Assembly: GCA_051362555.1 (NCBI GenBank)
Contig: CM120648.1
Coordinates: 16,922,587 to 16,986,586, forward strand
Reading direction: 5' to 3'
From: Lingula anatina
Lineage: Eukaryota; Animalia; Brachiopoda
DNA: 64,000 nt
The notes under the pieces were generated by a model. It had not been told where the DNA came from. It did not search any database and was given only the letters and a program-made list of their open reading frames with translations. Of the stretch, positions 37,622 through 52,200 are shown piece by piece; positions within the stretch are counted from its first letter, which is position 1; the number at the start of each line of letters is the position of its first letter. The translations under genes were made by a program, and so were the position numbers.

Positions 37622-37864
37622 AGAGGGAAATTCACTGTTACAGTTGTATCTGTTTCGTGATAATTGAAATTTATGAATAATGATAATATGCCAATGACTG
37701 AAATAAACAGAACAAGAAAAACAAGGGGTCATTTGACCATTCAAAAAGCTAATTTAAATCATAATGCAGTCTGTACAAAAAGAGATATAAAAAATATGGT
37801 AATGTTTATGTATATATATATACAAATATATGACTAAAATGGCATCCAGAGTTTTGGAGTTTCC

Positions 37865-38117
37865 AGTAGACTGCCAGTAAGCTCTATTATCAGCTTGTCT
37901 CCCCTCCCTTTCTGGAAGGCATGGTGATTACACAGGTCAGTCTACAGTAAACTGCCAGTAAGCTCTATTATCATCATCATGTCTCCCCTCCCTTTCTGGA
38001 AGGCATGATGATTACACAGGTCAGTCTACAGTAAACTACCAGTAAGCTGTATTATCATCATGTCTCCCCTCCCTTTCTGGAAGACATGATGATTACACAG
38101 GTCAGTCTACAGTAGAC
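37865..38117. repeat. ~85-bp tandem repeat, 3 copies
   Basis: TGTCTCCCCTCCCTTTCTGGAAGGCATG..ATTACACAGGTCAGTCTACAGTA repeated. Confidence 0.85.
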
Positions 38118-38269
38118 TCTTAAACTCTGGGTACAAAAGGACTGCCTTGGCATGAACCCCCCCCCCCCCCCCCACCCCATACACCAGTAGTTACAATGTA
38201 TTTATTTACTTAAGGACCCAAATAAATTTAACATGGATAAAATGATATTGGCATTATTATGAACTGAAA

Positions 38270-38655
38270 CAATGGTTACTGTGTAACTGTATATGACTAC
38301 ATAGTCTGTCATGGCATGTTTTCATGGCAACAGTTACCATGGTACTGAATGTCAGGTCATGGACTGTCATGCCATGTTGCCATGGCAACGGTTACCATGA
38401 TACTGAATGTCTGGCCATGGACGGTCATGCCATATTGTCACAGCAATGGTTACCATGGTACTGAATGTCAGGTCATGGACTGTCATGGCAACAATTACCA
38501 TATACTGAATGTCAGGCCATGGACTGCCATGGCATATTGTCATGGCAACAATTACCATATACTGAATGTCAGGTCATGCACTGTCATGGCATATTGTCAT
38601 GGCAATGGTTACCATGACACTGACTGTCAAGTCATGGACTATCATGACATGCCAT
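38270..38655. repeat. ~60-bp CATGG-rich minisatellite
   Basis: GTCATGGCAAC..TTACCAT..TACTGAATGTCAGG repeated about 6 times. Confidence 0.85.
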
Positions 38656-38945
38656 ATCTCTTTGTTCTTTATTTTGATAACTCTCTAAATGCATAATGTC
38701 AGCAGTGAGAGGGGGGTACATGGTAAACACCAAGTATTCTGACCACAGCACCAATGTTAAGAGTTCATGCTCTCCTCTCTCTCTACTGGTACACAGCTCC
38801 TAGTAATGTTCTCTTCACTGTCTTCTGGCATATTTCATGTCCTGATAAAATATTTCAGTTTCCATGTGCTTCACTTTCCTTTCTGCCCCAAACTGACCAT
38901 GTGCAATTATTATTAACGCCTCACTATCTGATGAGTTGATGTAGT

Positions 38946-39841
38946 TCACGCCTCACTATCCGACCGTTCCCTCACTTCCATCTCCAGTTCCACAGTATTG
39001 CCATGCTTGTGTGTCCGCATCAGTTCATGGTCTTCTTCTACCTGGCCCTCAATGGCCCTCCTTACCTGCAAGCACAAAACACAGGTTGATTGCATTACCC
39101 CATGCTGTGATTTGTTAAACTTGTTCCATCATTCTCTGACCTATACTTTGAGAGTGTAACACCTTACACAAGACTTGGGTCACACAAGATTTAACAAAGG
39201 CTGAGTAATACTGTAACAACTTTTAAACACATTAAGCATTTACTTTTCTAGTGCCAAATAGCAGCAATTCTGATGTTTACAGTGTTATATAGTTATGATA
39301 GTAATATTTTGTTGTGTGTTTACCTCTTTAAGTGTAACCACTCCTACCAACCTCCCTGTATTGGTGATATAGACATGGTTCAAGTTTACAGTATTATATA
39401 GTTATGATAGTAACATGTTGATGTATGTGTGTTTACCTCTTTAAGTGCAACCACTCCTACCAACCTCCCTGTATTGGTGACATAGGCATGGTTCAGGCCT
39501 AGCAGTGAGAACAGAGAATGAACCTGGAACACAGCCACAACCACATAGTGAGAAAGAAGTGAAACAGTGAAGTCTTAACTACTTAGGTACTGTAAAGAAT
39601 GCATGTACAATTCAGTTCTTCCATGCCATTATGACAGATCAATTTCATCCAAGAATAAGCTGAAACACTTTGTCAGATTCCTCTGCATTGATGCTAAAAT
39701 TTATTTTGATTGAATGACCCTCTCTTTTTTCAATTCCCCAGTCATTATTGAATTTTGGAAACAGTTTTATTTATGTAAAAGACAGAGATGCAGATAAAAT
39801 GAACATTCTTTAAAACCAACCATGCATTTTCTAAATGTTCT

Positions 39842-39880
<39 letters not shown>

Positions 39881-42800
39881 TCTTACTTTCTGTAAGGAAG
39901 TCCTCTCCACTAGCTGGAAGGGGGCGGGGTCTATCTGAGCCTCTTCAAACTTCACCTGACATTTCAACTGCTCTTCCTCCCACTGTCTTTGCTACAGAAT
40001 AAACATCAGTGTCAAAACAATGTCACACCATGTCAAAACAATGTCAACCCACTATCAAAACAATGTCACACCACTAAAAAAACAACGTCACTGTCAAAAC
40101 AATGCCAAACCACTGTCAAAACAATGATACTGACAAAACAATGTCACACCACTGTCAAATCAATATTACAGCACTGTCAAAACAATGTCACTGTCAACAT
40201 AATGTCATAACACTATCAAAATAATGTCACACCACTGTCAAAACAAGGTAAAAAAAAATTCAACAATCCAGTTTAATTTTGGCAGTGAGCAGATCAATAC
40301 TAACATTATCATAAGACTGTCAGAAACTGAAGCTGCCCCTGAATTCTAAGCCTATATATTTGACGCTTTCAACAAGCTAATCTTTAACCTAATTTTTGTT
40401 GTTGGAGAAAAACTATGATTATCGTTCACAGTGAAAGTTAAAAATATTTGTACAATTCTATTTACAGTATTTGGAGTGACACTAGGCTGTCGACATGAAA
40501 GTTTCAGCTAGGTTCAAATACTCATACTGACTATCTAGGGTAACACTCTCAAACTTTAAATACAATGAGTGCCAAGGGATGGGATTGCACAGGACCCTAA
40601 AATAACACCACTTCGAATCTTAAATTTTCTGAGTCACATGCCTTTAATGTCTATTTTTTGACACTTCAACCCTTTTTATTTGTCCCTGACATCAATAAGG
40701 GAAAAAAATTAACAAGTAGCACAAAAATTAGCATAATATAATCTGGTCACTTTCTTTCAGGATTTAAAGCTTCTGTGAAAATAACCAACTTCCTCTTCCT
40801 TTTTACCTCTGCCAAGGATGTTATGTTTTCACCCCTGTTTGTCTGTTTGTTTGTCATCAATATAACTCAAAAAGTTATGGACCGATTTTGATGACATTTT
40901 CAGGAACTGTCAGAAGTGGGCCAAGGAGGAGATAATTAGTTTTTGGTGGTGATCTGGATCAATGATCAATCAATATTCAATAATAATCAAAACTCGGCAG
41001 AGGTCTGCACTCTCGGAGTGCTTTTCTAGTCTAAACTTGGTTTGGAATTCTAGGTTAGGTTTGATTCAACTAAAAACATTAACCATGGGTTCAAAACTGA
41101 TATCAGTTTTAACAATAAGTTATTTTTCTTCAATCAACAGCAAATATTGGCAGCTAATTATAACCTCCAATATTTCATTGTGTCTCAAGCATATATACAT
41201 GAGGGAATGGGACAATATTAACCGCCAAATGTTATCTGTTGATTGAAGAAAAATTAATTAATTTTTCTAACATAACACTGCTGAAATTTTTCTCTGAACA
41301 CAGCACACATCATGCTACTGGTACTTTACCTCTTCTTCACTTAAATCTATCACTCTCTGTGGAGGCTTGCAAATGAAGAGAAATAATCCAATGACAGAAT
41401 GATAACTTTTTGAAATCAGTTAATGTTTGAAATATAGAAATGTGCTGTTTTAATATATAAATAAAATGCACAAAATCTTTATAAAGGCTATAGATCTCAA
41501 CACCTATACCTTGCAAATAAAACAAGGTTTTAAAAGAACATTCTGTTGTTAACCAAGTAGGTCAATTTCAGTTAAGTTAAAAGTCAGTCTTGTCTTAAAT
41601 TAAGAATTTCTGTTGTATGTCATTTAGACTTAAAGTTGAAGCAAAATTTAAGTCAAGTCCATTTTCTGAAACTGGTTCTAGATACTCTCTAAAGTCAATA
41701 TAGTATGTAACCATGTGTCAGTTCACTGCAAGCTGCTCTAGTGAAGACACTGTGGCTCTCATCACTGCAAGTTCTACAATCATAAAATAATTCCAAACAC
41801 AACAAACATATGACAAACAGATCAAACATACCACATATCACACCTTAATAGAGGCATTCCTGAAATCAACTTACCGTAAAACACATTAATATCCATAAAA
41901 TTCACTAACATCATTTACCTTTTCTTCATCTTAAAAAAGTCTGAAAATTTTCAGTTATACAATCTGCTGACCTGTTATGTGATGTTTTCACCAAGTCAAG
42001 CAATTTTAATGGCCAAACTTAACAGACAGCCAACCTGTAGTCTATACACCCCTTAACCAGTGTCTGGGGTATAATATTACTAGAGTATCATCACAAGTGA
42101 TGCAATATTCCACAGGAAAGCTAAACATCTAAAATATAATTATACATTTATAAGCTAGCAAGAAAAGCATTTTTACTAAGTCACTTCTAAAAAGCAACCT
42201 TAAAATTAGCCTTTAACTATGAAATATTAGGTAAGCCTAGGAAATTAAAAAAAAAAAAGAAATAATATTTATATCTATAAAATCATTATTAATAAATATT
42301 ATTATACATAAAGAAATAACTGCTTTACATCCCAATTGTCAAATGACTGTCTCAATATAACTTATTTTGGCACATTTCTTGGTCTCTTCATCCAAGACTG
42401 ACCTTGTGATGGACAAATGACAATTTCCTGACCTTTACATCTGACCCCTCCCTGACCTTCACTTCACCTCTGACCCCTCCCTGACCTTCACTTCACCTCT
42501 GACCCCTCCCTGACCATCACTTCACCTCTGACCCCTCCCTGACCTTCACTTCACCTCTGACCTTGCCCTGACCTTCACTTCACCTCTGACCTCCCCTGAA
42601 CTCTATTTTCACTCTTGCTCCTCCCTGATCTTTACTTCACCCCTGACCTCCCCCGACCCTGACTAGACCCCAGTATCCTCCATGATATCATATTATTAGC
42701 TCTGGGATGCAGTGACTGACACATAACAATATTTATTACTTTTAAAAACATCACTGATAATTACTGACATGGGTAGTGGCAGTATTTCCAACGTATAATT

Positions 42801-43158
42801 TATACAGTGCAGCAGATCTGCCAGCCTCTGTTTATTTTGTTTATGAAAGCATGGTTCAGGACTTACCTGCATGTTCATCACTTTAACATTTTCTCTAGTA
42901 AACCCATGACATCAAACTTACCTCTTGTAAGTCCATGACATTAAATTGAACACTTTTGCCACTTCGCACAGAGTCAGTATATTGCTCAGGGAAACCGTCT
43001 AGAAGAGACCTCTAGTGGAGAAAATGCAGGGAAAGGAAAATGAAGAAAAACATGCAACAGAAAGAATTACCATGACAACAAATACTAGGTTTACACTCAC
43101 ATTTCAGTACAAGCCAAGAAATCGAACATTCTGAGCAAAAAAATAAATAAATAAATAA

Positions 43159-43204
<46 letters not shown>

Positions 43205-46200
43205 AAATAAATAAATAATAAATAATTTTCTGACGAATAAATAAGTTTTATCAATGTTGATTACATCCATGAGAGTGTAATACCTAAATTTATTGACTGC
43301 AAATTAAACTATCTAAGAAACAGCAAGTGCAATGTAACTTTCAACCCAATATTAATAGAAATCCACTGTTAATAATAATGTTCTACATACTGGGCATCCT
43401 TAAACATCAACAATAAATATGTGCATATGACAATCCATCACTTGAAGCCTTGCTTTAAAATAAATATTTGGAAAATTGTGTATTTGACAATAATTTGATA
43501 TGCAAATATAAGGGTATGGATATCATGCACACGTTATAAAGGTAAATTGTTGACTGATAAGGTATTAAATATGCTGCACATGCACATAACAGAGTTGACT
43601 AATAAGGTTGACTGGGTTACCATGCCTAGATTGATCTTAGAGGATCTATTTACCTCCAAGGGGTTTCTCCCTAAATTGCTTTCAGTTTAAGCAGCTTAGA
43701 TGTCTGGCACACCTGCTAAAGCTGCTTAATGAGTTAATTACCCCCTGACAGCTTCAGTGGGTGTGCGAGACATCTAACTGCTTAATTTGATAGCAATTTA
43801 GTGGGAATCCCCCTGGACCGATCCAAAGTTAGTGTGATAGGCTCTGGGAATGGTGTCTTAAATATGCTGCACATCAAAGTGCTGGTTTAATGGTGTTTTA
43901 ACTGCTACATATCATGTACAGGGATGGGAACAAACAATGTTAGGAGAGGAAGGCACCTGCCCCTACCTATCAACGCTGACGTCTCCTACTCTTCTAGTAT
44001 TTCTAACGTAATGTAGTTGTCTTTTCTGCTTAAAATTTGGGAAATGTCCATCCCTGTAATTCAAAATTTGAAGGAGGATGCTGCCATCCCTGTACTATAA
44101 AATTTAAAGAGAAAGTAAGGAGGAAGGGTATTTCTTGACAACTGAAATCAAATAATAAAGGTGTTAGTATACATAAAGACATATTTTTAAAGCATGCCAA
44201 TGGATGAAACACCATAAATCATAAGATTTTAGGCCACCAGGCCTAAGCATGCAAGGTATTTATGCTGTACACAGGAAAGTATAGACAGTAGGAAGAAACA
44301 TGATAGTCACATTAGTAGATGTCAGATGAAGATAACCATTGTGCAGGAGTGGGGGGGGGGGGGGGGGGAGTGGCAGTCAGTTAAGGAACTTCCCCAAATA
44401 TGTACAACTAGTAGTTATAAGCTGGTGCACAGAGAAAGCAGATAGCAGCTGACCCCTGTCAACGTCAGTGCATGTTCATCTTCATTTTCAACTGGTTTTT
44501 GTTCATATGCCATTTTATACTTCCCAACAGAATTGTTTGCACAATATCATCTGTTAAGAATGTTATAAATCAGTGTTCATCCATTGAATTCAATTGGGCA
44601 GCAGCCATTGGATAATTCCCCTCATAACAGTTTACATGATAACACCACCCCTATACTATTACCACCATCACTGAACAACAACTGAGGACATGATCTCACA
44701 AATCGATCCTCTGCACCAAGGTGGCAACCTACAGGGAGAGTAAATGTGCTCTAACTTGTGATGATTCTTTGATATCTGCATGTGTCATTTATTAAATGCC
44801 AGACATATTTATGGGATTCGAACTACATGAACAGTCAGAAAACCAGTCCAGGTTTTTATAGTGTCTCATCTTGGGTTGCTCTGAAGTTCTTTTGGATGTG
44901 AAGACTATTAATTGATTACAAGAAAGAAAATAATAATACAATTTTTTATAAAATAAAACTTTATATCAATCCAAGCAGTCAGAGTCTCAAGAATATATGC
45001 TTCAATCCAAATGAAAATGATTTTGTAGACAAAACATATTGGTTTTCACTGCAAGCAGAAAAAAATATCAAAACAGAAGCAGCTTTTGGTGCAGATGCTG
45101 TTTTAGTTAGAACACCCCTACAAAATGATCAGAATATACTTTTCATTACATTTTGACAATTTGGTTCTGTTCTTTTCAATCAGCAATATAAGTATATTTC
45201 TCTATAGTTTCCTAAGTCTATCTATTATAACATTACCTGTAGTCATGCCTTTCTGTCTCATCCTCAAAAATGACCACAGCAAAACTACAGCATTCAGATA
45301 GTATTTTTAGCAAAATCTAAACAGAAAATTGGTAAAAACCTGCACACTTTGACAACTGCAATCATCAAGCTATACTTACAGACACAAGGACAGCTCTGAA
45401 AATTTTACCATATAAGAAAACTAAAATCAAGCCACACAACGGCAACCAACAGTCTTGCTAGGAATTACTAACAAAAAATGGGTTATGATAAAACACACTC
45501 ACAGCAATCTGCTACAAAAATTAAATCACCTACACACTGCAGTCAAAAGTTGTGAAACAATGGCAAAACATGTGGTCAAAAGCTGTGGTCACATGACTAG
45601 ATAACAAGTCACATGATCAAATAAAACGTGGTTTGTAAAGCAGCAGCCATCTTCTTACCAGCTTTACATGGGCATGTTTTCCACGCCTGTGTAAGAACCT
45701 GTCAGACTCGGGGTCCAACTCATATAGGGAGGAATCCTGTCAATAGTGAAATATAATATAAAAGCAGACATTCAAATAATACCCAGACCATTTCACTTAC
45801 AGTTAATATCTACATTTCACCAAATCAGACAGACCATGAGAATGAAACTATATGCTGTATATAACACTAAGTGTACAGTGCATACGGCAGTTGGCTGTTA
45901 GCACGGGTGTAATACCACTAACTGCGGTACTGGCTCAGAGGGCAAACAGTTGACAAGCCTGGGTAGATACAGGTATGTTGACCTTCAGGTAGTTTAATGG
46001 TGTAATACCACACACTAACTGTTGTACTGACTCAGAGGGCAAACAGTTGACAAGCCTGGGTAGATACAGGTATGTTGACCTTCAGGTAGTTTAATGGTGT
46101 AATACCACACACTAACTGTTGTACTGACTCAGAGGGCAAACAGTTGACAAGCCTGGGTAGATACAGGTATGTTGACCTTCAGGTAGTTTAATGGTGTAAT

Positions 46201-49200
46201 ACCACACACTAACTGTTGTACTGACTCAGAGGGCAAACAGTTGACAAGCCTGGGTAGATACAGGTATGTTGACCTTCAGGCAGTTTAATGGTGTAATACC
46301 ACACACTAACTGTTGTACTGACTCAGAGGGCAAACAGTTGACAAGCCTGGGTAGATACAGGTATGTTGACCTTCAGGTAGTTTAATGGTGTAATACCACA
46401 CACTAACTGTTGTACTGACTCAGAGGGCAAACAGTTGACAAGCCTGGGTAGATACAGGTATGTTGACCTTCAGGTAGTTTAATGGTGTAATACCACACAC
46501 TAACTGTTGTACTGGCTCAGAGGGCAAAATGTTGACAAGCCTGGGTAGATACAGGTATGTTGACCTTCAGGTAGTTTAATGGTGTAATACCACACACTAA
46601 CTGTTGTACTGGCTCAGAGGGCAAAATGTTGACAAGCCTGGGTAGATACAGGTATGTTGACCTTCACGTATCAGTATCACACTCTTAAACCTTACATCAT
46701 GGTCACTCTATTACTATATAGATATTATATATCTTCAAGTATTAACTATTAACTTCAAACTGGTACTTCATGTATGAAGAGACTTACAGCACATGCAAAA
46801 GATATAAATAAATAAAATATAACATTAAACACAGATAAATAGATAAATGTAAACTTAGCCACTACCCTCACGATGCTATATATATAATATGATGTAGATA
46901 TAATATGATATAGATATATATGACTCTTATGATACTCACGATGCTATATATAATATAATATAATATAATATAATATAATATAATATAATATAATATAATA
47001 TAATATAATATAATGTAGATATACTTGAGTCCTCACACTGCTAATCCTTCATAAGTAGAATACAGAACCCTGTAAATATTGACTATTAAACTAAAACATC
47101 CCATGCTGTTTATCAGTTTGTTGCCATAGTTACCTGAGCTTCATCATCTTCAGAAGCCGTACTGTCCGCGATACTTTCTTTACTTCGAGATTTGAAAATC
47201 TTTGCTAATCCTATGCTGAATTTCTTTTCTGTAAAATCAAAATCAATTAAACTTCATTATCAAAATAAACAGAGAAAGGTACATGGAAAACAATAGTGTG
47301 ATGGTAAATAAACCTAAAGGTGAATATACTATATAGGTACCTGTTATAGAGAGATAAAATTATCTTCTTAAATGTGAGCAATTTTTAACCTCATGTTGCA
47401 GCATCAGCACTCTGCATCAAGTAATCTAATGGAAGGATTACTTAATAATCACAATACTCTAATTTAGTCATTTTAAATAGTTATTCACATCATTCAAATT
47501 TCGTTACTCAATACAAAATTGCATACACCATACCCTTCATTTTTTTTTAAATTTATTTTTATTTATTTATTTATTTATTATCATTATTATTTTCGAGAAA
47601 CTGCAGTGTAATTTTATTGAGAATTTAAATATTTTCAAGACAATTTTGGCCCTTAAATTAACCATATTATCTATCAGGGTGTATGTACTGTGTTGAAACC
47701 AAAAACAATATTATTGCAACTTTTATTTTTTTTTACTTATATAATATATTATTAATGGTTGGGGTGTAGCTAGGTAGATGATACATAATTACCTAGGTAA
47801 AATAACTACACTTATAACACACACATATACAAGACTGCGTTCCATCAAAAGTTTACTCTGAGAACAATGTAGTATCACAGAGCTGACTAACCTAACTGTG
47901 GACTGGGTGTTGGGCTTGTCTTGGCAGACCCTGGTGGACTAGAGCGAGGTGAAGACTGAGGACTTCCTTTAGGACTGGCCCTGGGACTAGCTCGGGGGCT
48001 GGGACGGGGACTCTTCTTTAATATCCCTCTCTGTGGTGCCTTGGTGTACTTGTGTGGTTTCAGCGTGTCTCCATTAGCTGTTTGATCTGGTGGCTGGAAT
48101 GATGGCAGAGATAATGTAGTAATATCATCTCACATATATTATCACACCTCTCTGGATAATAAAGATTAAGACTGGGTTCTCATGCCTAGATCGATCCATC
48201 TGGATTGGTCTAACTCCCTGGGAAGTCTCAATAAATTGCTTTAAAATAACTGGCTTAAATGTCTGTCACAGCCACCAAATAAGCTAGGGGGTAAAGATAA
48301 TTACCCCCTAACAGCTTTACTAGGCCTGAAAGACACTAAAGCCGGTTAAGTTGATAGTAATTTAGTGAGGCTCCCCTGGGAGATAGATTGCTCCAAACAT
48401 CTGTGGAATGGTCCCTATGATTATCATTCAAATCCACAAACACACACACTGTTTACCGTGGAGTCCAGCTTCAACTGGACATGTCCGCCACTGTCCACTT
48501 TGCTGGCTGCAGGGGTCACTGTAAACCTGGCAGACGGCTGGCGGTGGACCTTCACAGCGTTCAACATATCTCCACTGCAGGCCGCCATTGGTCGCGTCCC
48601 CTCGGTATCGCCTTGGGACGCCCTCTTCTCCAGTTGTTCCTTGGCTCTCTTCCTCTCCTCCTCTTCCTGTTGCCGTTTATGTAATGCTTCTTCCACTGCT
48701 GCCAGGCGGCGCTGTCGTCCAAGCTGAGCCTCCAGTAACAGTTCCAGCTCCAGTCTCTGTACAGACCCAAGGAGAATCATGGACTCTGGAAATATACACA
48801 ACATAATGGATATGATTGTCTTCTGAATGTCATAGCATTATACTGTATACATATAACAATATGTTAGTGGTCTAAATACTAAAAATAAATGTCTTATGTA
48901 TACCTGTAATAAACTGTTTGATGAAAAAGTTTATCGGAATATCAGAGGAAAGGTGCTTTCAAACCTGATAATATCATGTAAAACTGACATACTAGAATAT
49001 AACACTAAGTAAGAAGACTACAGAACAGTGGATAATGTTCAGTAATTAAATCCCATGTCTTGGAATCTCACAGAGTTCCTGATATGCCAGTGCTATGTTC
49101 TAGGTATAACACAACATAACAAGGGGGGGGGGGGGGGGGGGGGGGGAGATGGAGCTTCATAAAAAATGATTTTAAAAAAGTCTGACTGGTTCAACACTGC

Positions 49201-52200
49201 TTCCATAAATCATGGTTTCATTCCTGGTTAAAAACATATTAGAGATTCCTGATCAGAAATTTAGACATGCTTCTGTTTGATTTAAAGGAAGAAAATCAAA
49301 CTTTCTCCAGTGCCATTACACATGTGTGTGTTTACCCTACCTGGGGCATCCACCAATGGGAATGTTCTTAACTTGGATGTCTCCAACAGATTCTTCACAT
49401 CCTGGTATGTGGCGATATAGCTGATAAACCTGATGTCACGGATCATGAAGTCCTCCACAAACACATTGTAAGTGCTGCAAAGACACCAGACATATATATA
49501 TGGCATGAAGTCCTTCTCAAGTACATAATATGGGCTGCAAGAAGGATATGATAACACATTTGACATGGAATATTTCACGTACAGAAAAATGTTTTGTACT
49601 GAAAGTATTACCTGGACTTGGAGGGGATGATATCACATATTATCTAGACTTGGTGGCGTTGATATCACATATTATCTAGACTTGGAGAGGATGATATCAC
49701 ATATTACCTGGACTTAGTAGGGATGATATCACATATTACCTGGACTTAGTAGGGATGATATCACATATTACCTGCACTTGGTGTGGATGATATCACATAT
49801 TACCTGGACTTGGTGGGGATGATATCACATATTACCTGGACTTGGTGGGGATGATATCACATATTACCTGGACTTGGTGGGGGTGATATCACATATTACC
49901 TGGACTTGGTGGGGGTGATATCACATATTACCTGGACTTGGTGGGGATGATATCACATATTACCTGGACTTGGTGGGGATGATATCACATATTACCCAGA
50001 CTTGGTGGGGATGATATCACATATTACCTAGCCTTGGTGGGGATGATATCACATATTACCTAGACTTGGTGAGGATGATATCACATATTACCTAGACTTG
50101 GTGGGGATGATGTCACATATTACCTGGACTTGGTGGGGATGATATCACATATTACCTGGACTTGGTGGGGGTGATATCACATATTACCTGGACTTGCTGG
50201 GGGTGATATCACATATTACCTGGACTTGGTGGGGGTGATATCACATATTACCTGGACTTTGTGGGGATGATGTCACATATTACCTGGACTTTGTGGGGAT
50301 GATATCAGGCAGGTAAGGTAGCCTCTTGATCTGGATGATGCTGTCATAAATGGACGGCTGAAGGCTGTGGGCGACTGCATTGGCTATCAACACTGCTATC
50401 TGGAGTATACAAATGATATACAGATAATGAAAAATAAGTGTTGGTTTTATAAAATTTATTTAATATATTTAAATTTTACAAAGACCAACAATGCTGTCAG
50501 CCAATAGAATATGGACATCTGTCCCATTAATTCAAACACTATCACATTTATCAAACAATCAGTTGTCTTACCACAGCAGGTAGAATGTGGTATATTTGTC
50601 CCGTCAGCTCAAACACTATCACATTTATCAAACAATCAGTTGTCTTACCACAGCAGGTAGAATGTGGGATATCTGTCCCGTTAGTTCAAACACTATCACA
50701 GAGGTGGAAATGGTGTGGGTTACGCTTCCTGCCAAAGCAGCAGCTCCTACACAAATGATAAACACACACTTTATGATTATGAAAACAAAAAAACACTGAA
50801 ACGAACATGCCACTGACATTTTTTTCCAATGCGATATCAGCCAGCTTTAAGAGCAATAGCTGCTGCATTAAGATACATGTACAGCTGGCTTATTAATAAA
50901 TAATGTACTGAACAACTCAGTTTGGAATAATAATATTCATTTTTTTTTTCAAATATTTAAAATAACTGACACACTAGACCAAGAATAATTGAAGTGATAA
51001 GTGATCAACTTTCATACCTGTAGTTACTATCATGGGTTTGTAGAGGACTCTAATATGAATCTTAACAGTGATAGAGAGTACTGCTGAGTTACATGATATT
51101 ACCTACTACAGCATATCCTCCAGGTACTATAGGAGACACCTGCTCTCCCATCCTGACTTCACTGGGATACCATATAGTCATACACTTACCTACTACAGCA
51201 TATCCTCCAGGGACTATAGGAGACACCTGATCCCCCATCCTCACTCCACTGGGGAACCACGTAGCCAAACACTCTCCTACAAGACGACCAAAGGCAGCAC
51301 CTGGGAATAATAAAGAACATTCTCTTAGCTAATTTTAACCTGAAGATGGCAGCATAGTGAAGGAAAATGGGCATTCAGCCACAACAACAGCTGTCACGAT
51401 CTTCAGGTGTGACACTGTGAGACCAGAGTGGACAGGTCACTGTAGGTCAAGGTCAGTGCTTTCCAAGTTCAACTTTTCATGGAACAGCATAATTATTAAA
51501 ATTCTCTTTCATTTGCATCATTTTTAAATTCAGTTTCCACCCATATATAATTAATTAGTAGATTATTATTCAAGGATGATGAAAATTATTCAAATGAATA
51601 AAGAATTATCAATGTACCTGAACTCAAACTGCTCATACCTACTGCTGAACAGTCATGTTATCAATTTTAACAAACACAACAAAACAAAATGAAATGTTAT
51701 TAAAAAAGCTTTCCTTTAATATGTAATTGCGCAGTCTGCAGCATAGGGAATAGTTGACAAGGCAACAGTAAGTGGTGAAATGATGACACAACTTACCTAT
51801 AGTGAAGACAGGAATGAACACTCCAGCAGGAATGGGGAGAGAACCAGCCAAAGCAGCTGTCACAAACTGGAAACAAATGTAATCCATTATTATCACAAGT
51901 AAACTGTTTGTGTGAGATCACTCTATACAACGTTCCATTATTACACTGCACCTTACTGAACCTGAAAGATCACATAAACTAGAAACAAATGTAATCCATT
52001 ATTATTATAAGACTGTTTGTGTGAGATCACTCTATACAACACTCCATTATTACACTGTACCTTACTGAACCTGAAAGATCACATAAACTAGAAACAAATG
52101 TAATCCATTATTATTATAAGTAAACTGTTTGTGTGAGATCACTCTGTACAACACTCCATTATTACACTGTACCTTACTGAACCTGAAAGATCATACCACA

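Noticed and set aside
49607-50307. Both large junction arrays having exactly 22 copies
   Set aside because: Unit lengths and genes are unrelated; treated as coincidence with only two cases.
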